From the human T2T-CHM13v2.0 reference genome, Homo sapiens, in NCBI RefSeq assembly GCF_009914755.1, contig NC_060925.1: 64,000 bases of DNA; one strand, 5' to 3'. The notes beneath the pieces were generated by a model. The model ran no database searches, was not told where the DNA came from, and saw nothing but the letters and a program-made list of their open reading frames with translations. This document shows, piece by piece, positions 29,800 through 42,029 of this stretch. Made by a program: the position numbers and the translations under genes. The stretch's first letter is position 1; each line of letters opens with the position of its first letter.

Positions 29800-30800
29800 A
29801 CCTACAACTTAGGCACTTGAACATTCCAAGTAATTTACGTTTAATGCTCCTTTCCTCTGAAATTCTCTAAGTATATATCTAGGAGCAGGATTTCCGGAAC
29901 TTCATGTTATGCAAATGCTCAGCTTTACATGACAATGCCAAACTGCTTTTCAAAGTGTTATACCAATTTCCAAAGCCATGAATAATATATGCTGCTTCAC
30001 ATCCTTGCAAAGTACTAGTATCAGAGTTCTTAATTTTGACCATTTTGAATGGGAAGAAAATGGGGTCACACTGCGGTCTTGACTTTTGTTTGAAAAATTA
30101 CTAGTGAGCTTCAGGCAAGATACTTCTGAAGAAAAAGAAGAAGAGGGCTTGCCTTACTAAAAACTAAAGTTAAGTTATAAGTAATTACTTAGGTAATGAA
30201 GGTAGAACGGTGTTAGTGAAGGATGGACAGATGGACCAGTGGAGCAGAATATAGACTCTGAAATGGATGCATATATATGTGGGGGCTTCATATATGAAAA
30301 GTAGTGTAGGCAAAGGTAGAATTATTCAAAAACCGGAGCTAGAAATGTTGGATGTATAAAGAAAAAAAGCCTTTGGATCCCTTTCTCATAGTCCATATAG
30401 AAATGAACACCAGAAAAATTGAAAATTTAAATGTCAAACGCAAGACTTTAAAATTTTTAGTAGAAAATAGAGGTAAATCTCTTTCTGACTTTGGAGAAAA
30501 GAAGAATTTATTAAGGCATAAAAAGCATTAACCATAAAATAAAATAGTGATAAACTATCTTAAAACTATATATTTTTGTTCATCAAATACATCATAAATG
30601 TAGTGAAAGACATACTATAAACTGAGAAAATATTGCAACACCTATGACAAATAATTAGTAAGATGAACATATAAAGATTCGTTACATACCAATAAGAAAA
30701 AGAAAAATTGCCTAATAGAAAAATTGGAAAATTATGCAAACATGTTTTATAGAAGAAGAAATCTTTATATGGATTGCATATTATGTGTGATAAAATGCAA
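29800..30800. mobile_element. Ancient L1M in two oppositely oriented pieces (~29800-30110 minus, ~30112-30800 plus)
   Basis: Degenerate ORF2 C-terminal motifs on opposite strands. Confidence 0.6.
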
Positions 30801-31094
30801 AATAACTTGTCAGATGAATTAAGATATTCAGACCAGAAAGTCATAAGAAAGAGAAAACGTTGAGTTTCCTTTACTTGTACCCCTTATGCTTCTGTCTTCT
30901 TCCCTCAACAATGAATGCTTTCCTTCAAAAATGGATTTTCCCATTCCACTGTGTGGTCACACATGCATGAGCAGTGTCAATATTCCAGAGCACTAGAGTT
31001 TGCAGGCATAAATGTTGATGTTTGCACATGCATATGCTTGCTTATACACTCCTGCACGTACACACCAGATATACTTGTATTTATTCTGGATATA

Positions 31095-31875
31095 TAAATT
31101 AAGCAGCTCCTTTATGCCAGGCATTGTACAGGATTCTGAAGAAACAGCAGTGAAAAAGATAAGGAATTCCTGGAAAAAGACAGACAAAAAAAATCAGCAA
31201 GTAAATTGCTGCTATGTTTGAAGGTGTTGGGAGTTCTGAATGAGAATAGAACAGCAAAAATAGATCAAATGATACCAGAATGGGCATGTGTACAAAGTTT
31301 TAAATTGGGTGATCAGGAAAAGCCACAATGAGCAGCATTTGAGTGAAGAATTGAAGGAGGTGAGGGTATCAGTCATGCTGACATCTGAGGGAAGAGAGTA
31401 TTAGGCAGAGGAAACAGTAAATGCAAAGGCTTGGAGTCAGGAGCAAAATTGACATGTCTGAGAAACAAGGTGGCCGCGTGTTGTGTTGATGTAAGAGGCG
31501 TAGAGAACAGCAGGGGAGGATGTCAGAGAGTGAATGAGAGAGAAGAGCACAGGGCATAGGCACTTGTAATCCCTTGCAAAGACTTTGAATTTATCTCCTA
31601 AGAATGGAGAGCCATCGAAGGATTTTGAGGAAAGAAATGACATTTTCTAATGGTCACCTTGGTCGATGTGGTCAATTAAGGCAAAGATGGAAGCAGAAAG
31701 AACAGTTAGGAGGCTACTGCATGACTCGACTAATCCAAGTGAGAGGTGATGGTGGCTTGGCATAGGGTGGTTTGGGGGTAGTGAGAAGTGTTTAGGTTCT
31801 ATTTGAAGATAGAGAGCCTGCAGTATTTGCTGATTGGGTGTAATATCCATGAGAAAGAGAAGAGTCAAAGATAAA
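31095..31875 (-). mobile_element. L2 (L2a-like)
   Basis: aggcagaggaaacagtaaatgcaaaggc...ccaagtgagaggtgatggtggcttgg. Confidence 0.78.
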
Positions 31876-32179
31876 AATATTCATTATGACAAGTATGCCT
31901 CAACTGATTGTTGTCAACCAATGTCCACCCATTAGCAAGTCATGCCCACTTTGCGCTAGGTTTCTACTTTCTTGTCTGTTATTTAAATCTTCCCCAAATG
32001 ACATTCTAGTGCATGCTTTGACAAACTGAAAGTGAACAATTCATTCTGAGAGTTTAACAAATTCCATGTCAGTATGCTAAATAAAAATTCAGCCACTAGT
32101 CAAATTGTCGATTTCATTGAAAACATGAGAAAGCCTCAGGCACAATCTCCTGAGTTCACACCTTTATTTTTTACTTCTT

Positions 32180-33380
32180 TTTATTATTTATTTTATTTTA
32201 AAAAATTGACAGGTAAAATTGTATGTATTTATTGTGTAAAAGATGATGTTTCAAAGTATATATACATTGTCGAATGACTAAACCTAACTAATCAATATAT
32301 GCATTACCTCACATAGCTATCATTTTTTGTGAGGAGAATACATTCACTCTAGCATTTTTCAAGAATACAATATATTTTTAATTACAGCCACAACGTTGTA
32401 TAATAGATCTCTTGAAATTATTCCTTCTATCTAACTAAAATTTTGTATTCTTTGACCAACATATCCCCAACCCCACCCCACGCTTCTCAACCGCCCCAAC
32501 CCCTGGTAACCACCATTCTACTTTGTATTTCTATGGAATCAACTTGTTTAGATTCCACATGTGAGTGGGATCATGCAGTATCTGTCTGCACCTGGCTTAT
32601 TTCACTTAAAATAATGTTTTCCAGGTTCATCCACGTTTTGGCAAATGACAGTATTTCCTCCCTTTTTTTTGGCTGACTAGTACTCCATTGTGTATATGTA
32701 CCACATTTTCTTTATCTATTTAGGTTGATTTGATATCTTGGCTATTATGAATAATGTTGCAATAAACATGGGAGTGCACATATCTCTTTGATACAGTGAT
32801 TTCATTTCCTTTGAACATATACCCAGTAGTGTGATTGCTGGATCATATGGTAGTTCTATTTGTAATTTCTTGAGGAAACTCTACTGTTTTCCATACTGTC
32901 TATACTAATTTAGATTCCTGCCAACAGTGTGCAAGAGTTCCCTCTTTTCCATATCCTTGACAACACTTGCTATCGTTTGTCTTTTCTATCACAGCCATCC
33001 TAACAGGTGTAGGGTGATACCTCATTATATTTTTTTAAAAAATTTACATTTCCCTGATGATTAATGATGTTGGACATTTTTTCATATACCTGATTGCTAT
33101 TTGTGTGTTTTATTTTGAGAAATGTCTATTCAAGTCTTTTACCCATTTTTAAATTGTGTTGTTTTCTTGCTAATGATTGCTTGAGTTCTTTATATATTTT
33201 GCATATTAATTCCTTATCAGATGTATAGTTTGTAAATATTTTCTCCCATTTCATAAGTTGTCTTCTACCTCTGTTGATTATTCCCTTGGCTGTGCAGAAG
33301 CTTTTTAGTTAGACGTAATTCTATTTGTCTGTTTTTGCCTTTGTTTCCTTTATTTGCTTAGCCCAATGTCATGAAGCATG
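32180..33380 (-). mobile_element. L1MA 3' portion, continuous across the inner edge of the XCL1 arm
   Basis: L1MA 3' UTR (gcattacctcacatag...aatagatctcttgaa) joined without a break to the ORF2 end. Confidence 0.85.
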
Positions 33381-35585
33381 GCTTTATGTTTTTAGATGGT
33401 CATCTTTCACTTAATGCACAATCATTGTAATTTTGGCGTTTTAAAAAAATTGTTTTACTTAAAAACTAATTGTTGAGCAATTATTACATACCAGGCTTTC
33501 TGCAAGTGCCGGGGATCCAGAGATAACAAGGGAATCTCCTACTCTCAAAGAGTCTGCCATCTAGTGGGAGACGCAGGAATGTAATTGAGTAGGAGAACAC
33601 CATGAGATTCGTTGCAGAACAGCCATGAGAACAGAACAAAGTTCTAAGAGAGCATAAAGGGGTGGCACAACTTAATTTTATCAAAAAAATTCAGGAAAAC
33701 TTATACAGAGAGGAGGAGTTTACAAGTAACTATGTAGGGAGCTGTCATGGGTATTCCAGTTAAAGGAAACATGTGAGGAGCATAAAAGAGGCTGGCCCAT
33801 TGGGTTGGCTGCACATGTATGTGTTTGTTAAGGTTTGGGAGTGTGTGAGTGAATGGTGGAAGGTGAGTCTGAAAGGAAAGCAGTACTAGATCTTGAGCAT
33901 TCTTATATATCACAGTGAAAGATTAGAAATACATCCCATAGGCATTGGAATTAGTAAAGAGGTTCTCAGTAGGGAAATGGCATGATTAGATTGAGGCTTT
34001 ACAGTGATTACCCTGGCAAAGCTGCAGAGAACAGACTGAGAGGAGGCCCTGGTCTGGGAAACCAGTTAGTCCACTGCAATTGGCCTATGATTTGAGCAGT
34101 GTGGGAAGAAAGGAGGACACATCTCAAAGAACTACTTAGAAGGTATACTTAGTCCAGTTTGGTTGAGAAAGACACGTGGGTGGATAGCAATGAGTCTAAC
34201 ATGATCCCTATATATCAGTATTTGGAAATTAGATGGAAGAGAACACATTGCTCCATGCTAAGGACTAATATGAGGAGAAGCAGTTTGAATAGAAGATGTG
34301 TCCAGTGTTCAAGGAGTGATTGTGCAGTAAGGTAGAGATCATTAAAGAGCCAGTTTGAAGTTTAGAATGAAGTCTGGGTGAAAAATCAAATGCGATTAGT
34401 GGGAAGTCTCTTAGAGGTTAACCTATACTTTTTATCAAAACATAGGAATTTATTTTCATATTCCTCATAGCAATGGACCTTTAACTACACATGTATTTAA
34501 TAAATACATTTTATAGATACCTATATAACATAAAGAACAACCACCATACAACAAATTCAGTGGCAGAAAAGTTCCATTGCAATCAGTATGTTTAAATTCT
34601 ACTGGGAGCATTGCAAACTAAAATTATATTTTGGGGAGACTATATGGCAATATATAATAAGAGCTGTAAAGATGATCATATCATTTTACCCAGTAATCCT
34701 ACTCCTGGTTATTAAAGGGAAATAATTCGGTGTGTATTAATGAAATTGACCTTACAGTTCTGATCTTTATAATAAGTTATAAGAAAATGGTTTAATGTGT
34801 ATGTGTATATATTTACTTGAAGTAGAAATATGAACGCTAAAAAATGGGAAGATATTTAAGTTGGTGTTAAAACAGCATTTAAAATTACCACAATTATGAG
34901 AACACATGTATGCCAATGCAGATTCACTGGAAAAATATTGAAAATGAAAACTGTCAGATGGTAAGATTATAATTTTATTTCTTTTTTAATTTGAAATAAG
35001 TTGGTACAGCACAGCTTTTCAAAAGCTTCTATAAATGTGTATGTTAAGTTGTAATAAAGCAAACACATGCATGTAGACATGCTTAAACAGTTATTTAATT
35101 GTTTCTTGGGTACCTGGGGAGATGGGGTGAAGAAAGGGGGGTGACTTGAATGAAGGTGGAGGAGAAAAATGAGAACCAAGAAAGCAAAGGATCGAGAAGC
35201 TCAGTGTGGCAGCAGCCTCTCTTCCCCTCCTGAGAGAGTCAAAGGGTGGCATCAGGGACTCATGATCCATGGTTGTGGAAGCCTCATGTCACACTGGATG
35301 TCACATGAGGTGGGATGGAACACAGTGACCACCCCACCTCATTTCCTTTACAGCTTCCGTGGTGGGCCATGGCAGTGAACAGCCTTCAGGCATGTCTACG
35401 GTGGAAGATCTGAATTCAGGCTGGTGGCAGGAGACAACACAACCACGTTTTCTTTTATGCATGCATTTGGTTTAATTGACACATTAACCACAGACAAAGG
35501 GGTAAAGGCCACAAGGCGTTAGGTTAGTATGAACAGGGAAAGGGACTTTTTTTTTTTTTTTTTTTAAGAAAAATAAAAGCATCAG

Positions 35586-35671
35586 TATTGCAAAGACTTT
35601 CCATGATCCTATACCCACCTCGAAAGCCCCCTCTCACCACAGGAAGTGCACTGACCACTGGAGGCATAAAA
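35586..35671 (+). promoter_or_regulatory. XCL1 proximal promoter: NFAT-type GACTTTCCAT element, RUNX/ETS overlap, TATA-like CATAAAA
   Basis: GACTTTCCAT 35595-35604; ACCACA 35636-35641 overlapping CAGGAAGT 35640-35647; CATAAAA 35665-35671, ~65 nt before the ATG. Confidence 0.72.
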
Positions 35672-35729
35672 GAGGTCCTCAAAGAGCCCGATCCTCACTC
35701 TCCTTGCACAGCTCAGCAGGACCTCAGCC

Positions 35730-35790
35730 ATGAGACTTCTCATCCTGGCCCTCCTTGGCATCTGCTCTCTCACTGCATACATTGTGGAAG
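35730..35790 (+). CDS. XCL1: XCL1 coding exon 1 (signal peptide)
   Basis: GCCATG at 35730; donor AAG/gtaagt at 35791. Confidence 0.96.
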
Positions 35791-38700
35791 GTAAGTGGAG
35801 AAACTGTCTGTGAGATAAAGAACAGGGAGGCAAGGCAGGTGGGCACACATTTTGGGTTTGACTCAGGTTATGACTGGACTAACCTGCTTTCCCCAGGGGA
35901 GCCTTAAACTTCCCATGTGCAAGAAAGGAATGATGATTTTGACTGTAGAGGGCTTCGTAAACTTCCAAAACAGGGAGAATTTGATTAGTATCTGGGCTCC
36001 TACTTTTCCTAATTGGGTAATTTCAGGTAAATTCCTTAACCACTCAGGGCCTGTGCTTATTTATGTATAACTGAATAGTATAACAGACATGATCACCTGA
36101 GATTAAGATTAAATAAATATTATGGTTTATTTAATAACATCAGATTTCCTTACAAGCAGTAATTTTTTGATTAATGTTAGCTATGGATTAGAGGTGATGA
36201 TTATAAATGCATTTGTAGGTTTTGCCCATTTAATATATAGTTTGATAAATTATCAAAATCTTAGAGAGTTCAGTTACAATGTGGGGATGCACCAGAGGAT
36301 GTATGTTCTGGAGTAAATCAATGTTTTCAATACAAAACTAAGCCCCAAATGACTGGAAGTTCAAACCTTCATGTCCAGAAAATCAATATTACCTTCAAGT
36401 ACGTGGGGGACTCTGTTAGTAATGCCATGACTATTACTATTTATGAGAAATTTTCTGTATTTGTAAGAGAACATACAATAATAACTACTACCAAATAGAT
36501 CAGCACCTTATACACAGTTCAATAAACCTGCAAGACACATCCAGGTAAGATTCAGATATACCGAGCCCTTACCTGAGCATTCAGTAGGTATTTCTTAAGG
36601 ATTACTTTTTCCTATGACTGGAGTGAATCTGTCGACTTATTTGTGTTCTAGTTGGTAGGCTTATTACTTAGACTATGATATTATAACTTAATAATGGGTC
36701 CCCAAGGGGTTCCATGAATAAAGGTGGCTAAGTCTGGAAGTCCTTGAAATTATGGATAAAACAAAAAAATACTGATGAAACAAAAGAGTTTAATTACTAC
36801 ATTAGGCCACATGTTGCTACCTGGCTGGCATTTTGCTGAGACAATGGGCATACCATTTGAGGGAGACTCAGATCTGAGTAGGGGAAAGGAGCTCTGTTAG
36901 AGGCTGAGAAGAACTGCAGACACTGGTCTCAAATTCCCAAGTTTTCTAGTTGAAGGAGCTCTATAAGTCCCACTGGTGCTTAGCTTCTTACATACAAAAA
37001 TGAGGGAAAACGGTCTCTGCTTTGACTGAATTTTGCAACCTGAGTGAAGGTGATATTTTAAAAAATAACACAGACACTCAAACATTGCTGACAATAAGGA
37101 AAAGGCTTTGTGGTTTCAAGCATAACAGGATTCCCTGAGTCTTAGGAGTCCACTTCAGATACTTCACAGAGAGAAATATTGTTTCTTAAATATGAGAGAA
37201 ACAGAGAAAAAACCCAGATTTTTCCTCTTTCATTGGCTACAGAAACAATTCACCACTAAAAATAAATTGGCAAAGGTAGAGGATAGCAATGTGCAGACTG
37301 GCATTGAGAGTGAAGAAATGATGAAGAAAAGCACACAATGAACACTCTTTGTTTAGTCCCTTGCTTTAAAAAATGCCTTCTGATATTAGCAACACTACAG
37401 ACCAATGTTGGCCATTATCAGTGGTTACTTTAGATGCTTTTTAGCTGCCTATTTCCCTGGGAAGCAAAGACCAGTGTCTACAGCTAAGGAGAAAATCAGC
37501 ACTTAGAAACTTGGATTAGATTTCACCCAACCCTTAACAGTATTAATTCTCCCAAGTTATTTTTCCTCTTGCAATGTAAGATGATTCTCTACACTTAATA
37601 GTTTAATTCCTTTGGGCCATTACTATTGGGGATGCATATTTAAGGGCTGACTTCCTTTTATATATATCTTACCTTTTACCATTTATTAATTTTTTGGAGA
37701 GTTTTTATTATTTTTATGTACAGAAAACTCAACAGTGTACATTTAACCCAGTTTAGTGGCAAGTTCCTCTGCCTTTGCTATTTCCAGCTTGGCAATGTGA
37801 GCCACAGATTTTGGACTCGGGACATTGCAGATCTCATCATATCCGTCATTGTAATTGGTCCTGATAGCTTCCACCAGCTTAGCCAAAGCTCCTTTGTCTT
37901 CCTGGTTAACTTGTGTGAAGGCCACAGTGGTGCTTCCTGTGGACTGGATGTCCCAGTCTTGCCTTCTTACCCCTTGATAATGCATTAAGGGACCCCCCAT
38001 TTTAGGACACAGGACAGACAGAAAGTTAACCAGCTTGATGGGGTCCACACCATGTGCAATACCAGCTGAGCCTTCTTCTTTTCCAGCAAGGTGGTGATAG
38101 TGTTAACCCCTGCTCAAAGAACAGGTGATTTCCTAGTGGGGACAACCCCTTTGCTAGCAGCTTTCTTCTCAGCCTGGGCCAACAGTCTCTGCTTCTTCTC
38201 TTGCTTTGTCTCTGGTCAGTACTTGTGGATCAGCTTAAGTGGCTGAGTAGCTGTTTGGGGGTCTAAGGCTTGGGTGAACTGGTTAATGGCAGAAGGCACT
38301 TTCAGCTGCTTATAGAGGATAGCTCTTTGCAGCTGGAACCAGATATAGCGGGGCCATTTCACAAAGCAGCGGAGGTCCCTTTTGGGCTGGATGTCCTGTC
38401 CAATGCCTGCCTAAGAAAACTCTTAGGGCTTTTCTCACACAGCGGTTTCATCACTTTCTTAGCCTCCTGCTTCCTCACGACGGCAGGGTCTGGGGCCACT
38501 TTCCTTCCTTTGGCCATCTTTCCTTTCAGCATCTTAGGCAGCTGACAGAGAGAGACATTTGACCATTTAAAAAGGAGAACACCTTTATTTAGTCTGTCAA
38601 AAGCATGCTTCCTTCCCTCACTGAATGTTGCCTTGCCTAGAGTACTCTTCACGCATTACTCTGTCATCTCACTTATGGTACTGTAACATGTTGCACTATT

Positions 38701-40312
38701 TGAAATGATCTTTTCTGTTTGCCTGTCTTCTGCCTGGCTCCCTCATGAGAAGATATGCTCTATGAAAACAGGAGTAATGTCTGCTTAGTAAAACATGTGG
38801 GACACAACAGGCACCATTGTATAAATGAATGAATGCGTGTCACTGGGGCATTTGCTAGCCGTCCCAAATGTCTAAGTGAAAATATACACAGAGACGGGAT
38901 AACATCTTGTTATTTTCTCTCAGCATGAAATTCCTGAAACAATTCTGTTGATTGAGTTTTTAAATTAGTCAAATATTTACTAAGAATCTGTGACGGGCAA
39001 GAGATTCGGGATGCCTATCAGTCCTCTCTTCCCCCAAAAAGCAAATGGCCTTAAATTCTCACAACATTCTCAGAGTAATTTAACAGATGATTGTTCCTGT
39101 GATCTGGATAATTGCTTTATTTTTAATTGTCTGTTGTTTTTTTTTCCTCACCAGGTGTAGGGAGTGAAGTCTCAGATAAGAGGACCTGTGTGAGCCTCAC
39201 TACCCAGCGACTGCCGGTTAGCAGAATCAAGACCTACACCATCACGGAAGGCTCCTTGAGAGCAGTAATGTGAGTTTGCCTCCTCAGAAGTTGTGCTGGG
39301 TGGGTATCTAGAAGTATAGAAATACACTCTGTAGAAATGCTGCCGTCCTCAGGAAAAGTAGGTCAGCATAGAGGAACACCTCAACTTAACCAAAAACCTC
39401 TTTAGTTTTCCTTATCAATCATGTCTTTCTGCAGCCCAACCGAATAGCGATTATTGCAGAAATTGGGCTGCCAAAGAAAGAATAGAAGTCCTCCTCTATT
39501 TAGCTTAGTGGAAGAGTCTGTTGAATACTGTGCACAGCTCTGAGACCTGGGTTTAGAGATGACTGGCCCATGTTAGGGTTTCCCTGCAAGCCTCACTGGA
39601 GTTGGGGGATCTTAGGGTTGAGTCAGGCAGAGTCCCATACTTTTATCAGTTGCCATATTTCAAGAAAATGAGTCAATGCACAACCTACATGGTCCCTTTC
39701 TTCTACCAGAATCTCATTTTTAGAAGTAATAACTCTTCCCAACATGTAATTGCAAGCTTTACTCTAAAAAATGAAAATGTAAAAATCACTTTTTATTTAA
39801 AAAATAAGATGAATATTTTTAAATTTGAAAAGGAAGAGGTTATGTAATAATGGAACTAGTTGGCCTCAAAGTCTTTTTGTTACAACATTTGGTGACATGG
39901 ATGAGAAAAGGACCCTGTGAATTATTGTGAACAAAGGGGCTGGATACTACTTGCAGATATTACTCCTTTATGTTAAAATAGATGGCAGAATAAGGGTACT
40001 CATTTATGATCTCATGGCTCTGAAAGACTATTTCTTGCAGTAATTTCTGCACAAGATCTCTTCATGTCTGCCCTGATCTTAACTCCTGACCCTGAGGCTT
40101 TGAGAATGTGGCTAACTTCGTCTGTCTTTTCCTTGCGTTACAGTTTTATTACCAAACGTGGCCTAAAAGTCTGTGCTGATCCACAAGCCACATGGGTGAG
40201 AGACGTGGTCAGGAGCATGGACAGGAAATCCAACACCAGAAATAACATGATCCAGACCAAGCCAACAGGAACCCAGCAATCGACCAATACAGCTGTGACT
40301 CTGACTGGCTAG
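35730..40312 (+). CDS. XCL1: X-C motif chemokine ligand 1 (lymphotactin, SCM-1 alpha), 114 aa, join of 35730-35790, 39155-39269, 40144-40312
   Basis: Same exon structure as XCL2; Asp-Lys (GAT AAG) at mature positions 7-8 is diagnostic of XCL1; single Cys pair of the C-chemokine class. Confidence 0.97.
37686..38557 (-). pseudogene. RPL7A processed pseudogene, near full length, antisense in XCL1 intron 1
   Basis: ATG at 38532 ([14 protein letters not shown]); ends [10 protein letters not shown] at 37743; 3' UTR and A-tail remnant; TSD TAAATGGT(C/A)AAA at 38558-38569 and 37674-37685. Confidence 0.93.
39155..39269 (+). CDS. XCL1: XCL1 exon 2
   Basis: Acceptor ttttcctcaccag/G; encodes [14 protein letters not shown]...; donor AT/gtgagt. 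Confidence 0.96.
40144..40312 (+). CDS. XCL1: XCL1 coding exon 3
   Basis: Acceptor ttacag/T; [14 protein letters not shown]...TLTG; TAG ends at 40312. Confidence 0.96.
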
Positions 40313-40411
40313 TAGTCTCTGGCACCCTGTCCGTCTCCAGCCAGCCAGCTCATTTCACTTTACACGCTCATGGACTGAGTTTATACTCACCTTTTATGAA
40401 AGCACTGCATG

Positions 40412-40417
40412 AATAAA
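40412..40417 (+). terminator. XCL1 proximal polyadenylation signal
   Basis: AATAAA 100 nt after the stop, followed by U/GU-rich sequence; further AATAAA at 40477 and 40882. Confidence 0.75.
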
Positions 40418-42029
40418 ATTATTCCTTTGTATTTTTACTTTTAAATGTCTTCTGTATTCACTTATATGTTCTAATTAATAAATTATTTATTATTAAGAAT
40501 AGTTCCCTAGTCTATTCATTATATTTAGGGAAAGGTAGTGTATCATTGTTGTTTGATTTCTGACCTTGTACCTCTCTTTGATGGTAACCATAATGGAAGA
40601 GATTCTGGCTAGTGTCTATCAGAGGTGAAAGCTATATCAATCTCTCTTAGAGTCCAGCTTGTAATGGTTCTTTACACATCAGTCACAAGTTACAGCTGTG
40701 ACAATGGCAACAATTTGAGATGTATTTCAACTTGTCTCTATAATAGAATTCTGTTTATAGAATAAGGGAGAAAATAATCCAGTCTTCACTGGGTTCCCAT
40801 TCTGAGGGTCCACTACTCAAAAATTTGCTTCACTCAATTTTTTTCACCTCTTTGTGTTTTATTTTGGTGTCCTATTAAAGGAATAAAATGACACAACTTG
40901 TCCCTTTTTTGTCCCATTAGCAAAAATTAGAATTTTGGTATAAAGAAACTTTATTCAAGTAAAAATCAATACCCTTTGAATTGGACAATAATCTCACTAC
41001 CTTATTAGGATTTCTGTATTTGCCATTACGCTAGTTATCATGCATGTTATGCTTTACTGCGAATAAGCTTTTAATGCTCCAAATGCTGACCCATGCAATA
41101 TTTCCTCATGTGATCACAATTTGCAGTAAACTTTTAATTAAATGCTCATCTGGTAACTCAACACCCCAGATTCATGCTGTCTTGTATGCTAATTAAATTG
41201 CTGATTTGTTTCATGCTTAGGGTTTTACTATCCAAGTAGCTGACGATGTATACATTCTCTTCTATCAGACTCTGAATAGGAAGACCTGACCTTGCCTTGA
41301 TAGTTTTAAGTGAAAAATATTGGCTGTTGTTTATTCTTGTGGGGGCATTTAACAATATCATGAATTTTCAGAGGGTAGATGAAAGCAACTTGTTCAAATC
41401 TGCTCACTTCTAGTCATACAACTAGTGAATCAGAGTGGAAACTACTAAAAAGTTGCCTCCTAGCAAACGGTGTGGTCACCTATCCATGTTCATTGATATT
41501 TGTCTAAAATAAACTTCAGAGGTGGTCTTAGAGAAAGCAATCCCTTAATAAGAACAGACATCCTGCTTCATGAAGGCTGAAAAATAACAAAGTCACAAAA
41601 GATGAATGGAATGGTTTGTCTGCCAAATGTCTCCCAGACCCTAAGGATTTATTTGGGATAATAATAATAGGATGTGTGGAAGGATATGGGCAGTGCTTGA
41701 CTTTTCATTTTATGGCTGTTCTATCTTTTAAATAATAAATAGTTGTTAAAATATATAACCATAGCTATTTTCTTGCTGTACAAATATGAGCTCACTTAAT
41801 CACATTACAGAGCTCAATTAAAGACAAGACAACGGAGGCATAAAAGGGTTAGTTAACTTTCTGAAGGTCCCTTGGTCTGTGAGGGGTAGAGTTTAGATCT
41901 GAACTCATGCAAGATTCAGGGTGTTGACAACTGTGTCACGCTGTCTTTCTCACTTCAGAAGACAATTCCCTTCGGGCCAAACCATATGTAAAGAGATGAT
42001 TCAGGGGTTATCCTTATTTAACCTACAGA

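Larger units (their letters stand above)
33135..40354 (+). repeat. Inverted segmental duplication, XCL1 arm (outer end cannot be determined from this window)
   Basis: Mirror of 1-5648; many track ORFs occur twice in opposite orientation. Confidence 0.95.

Noticed and set aside
33780-33791. GCATAAAAGAGG, identical to the XCL1 TATA context (similar 13-mer near 41834)
   Set aside because: Post-hoc short matches within L2- or MIR-derived DNA with no other promoter support
35542-35551. GGGACTTTTT as an XCL1-specific NF-kB site
   Set aside because: Lacks the terminal CC of the kB consensus
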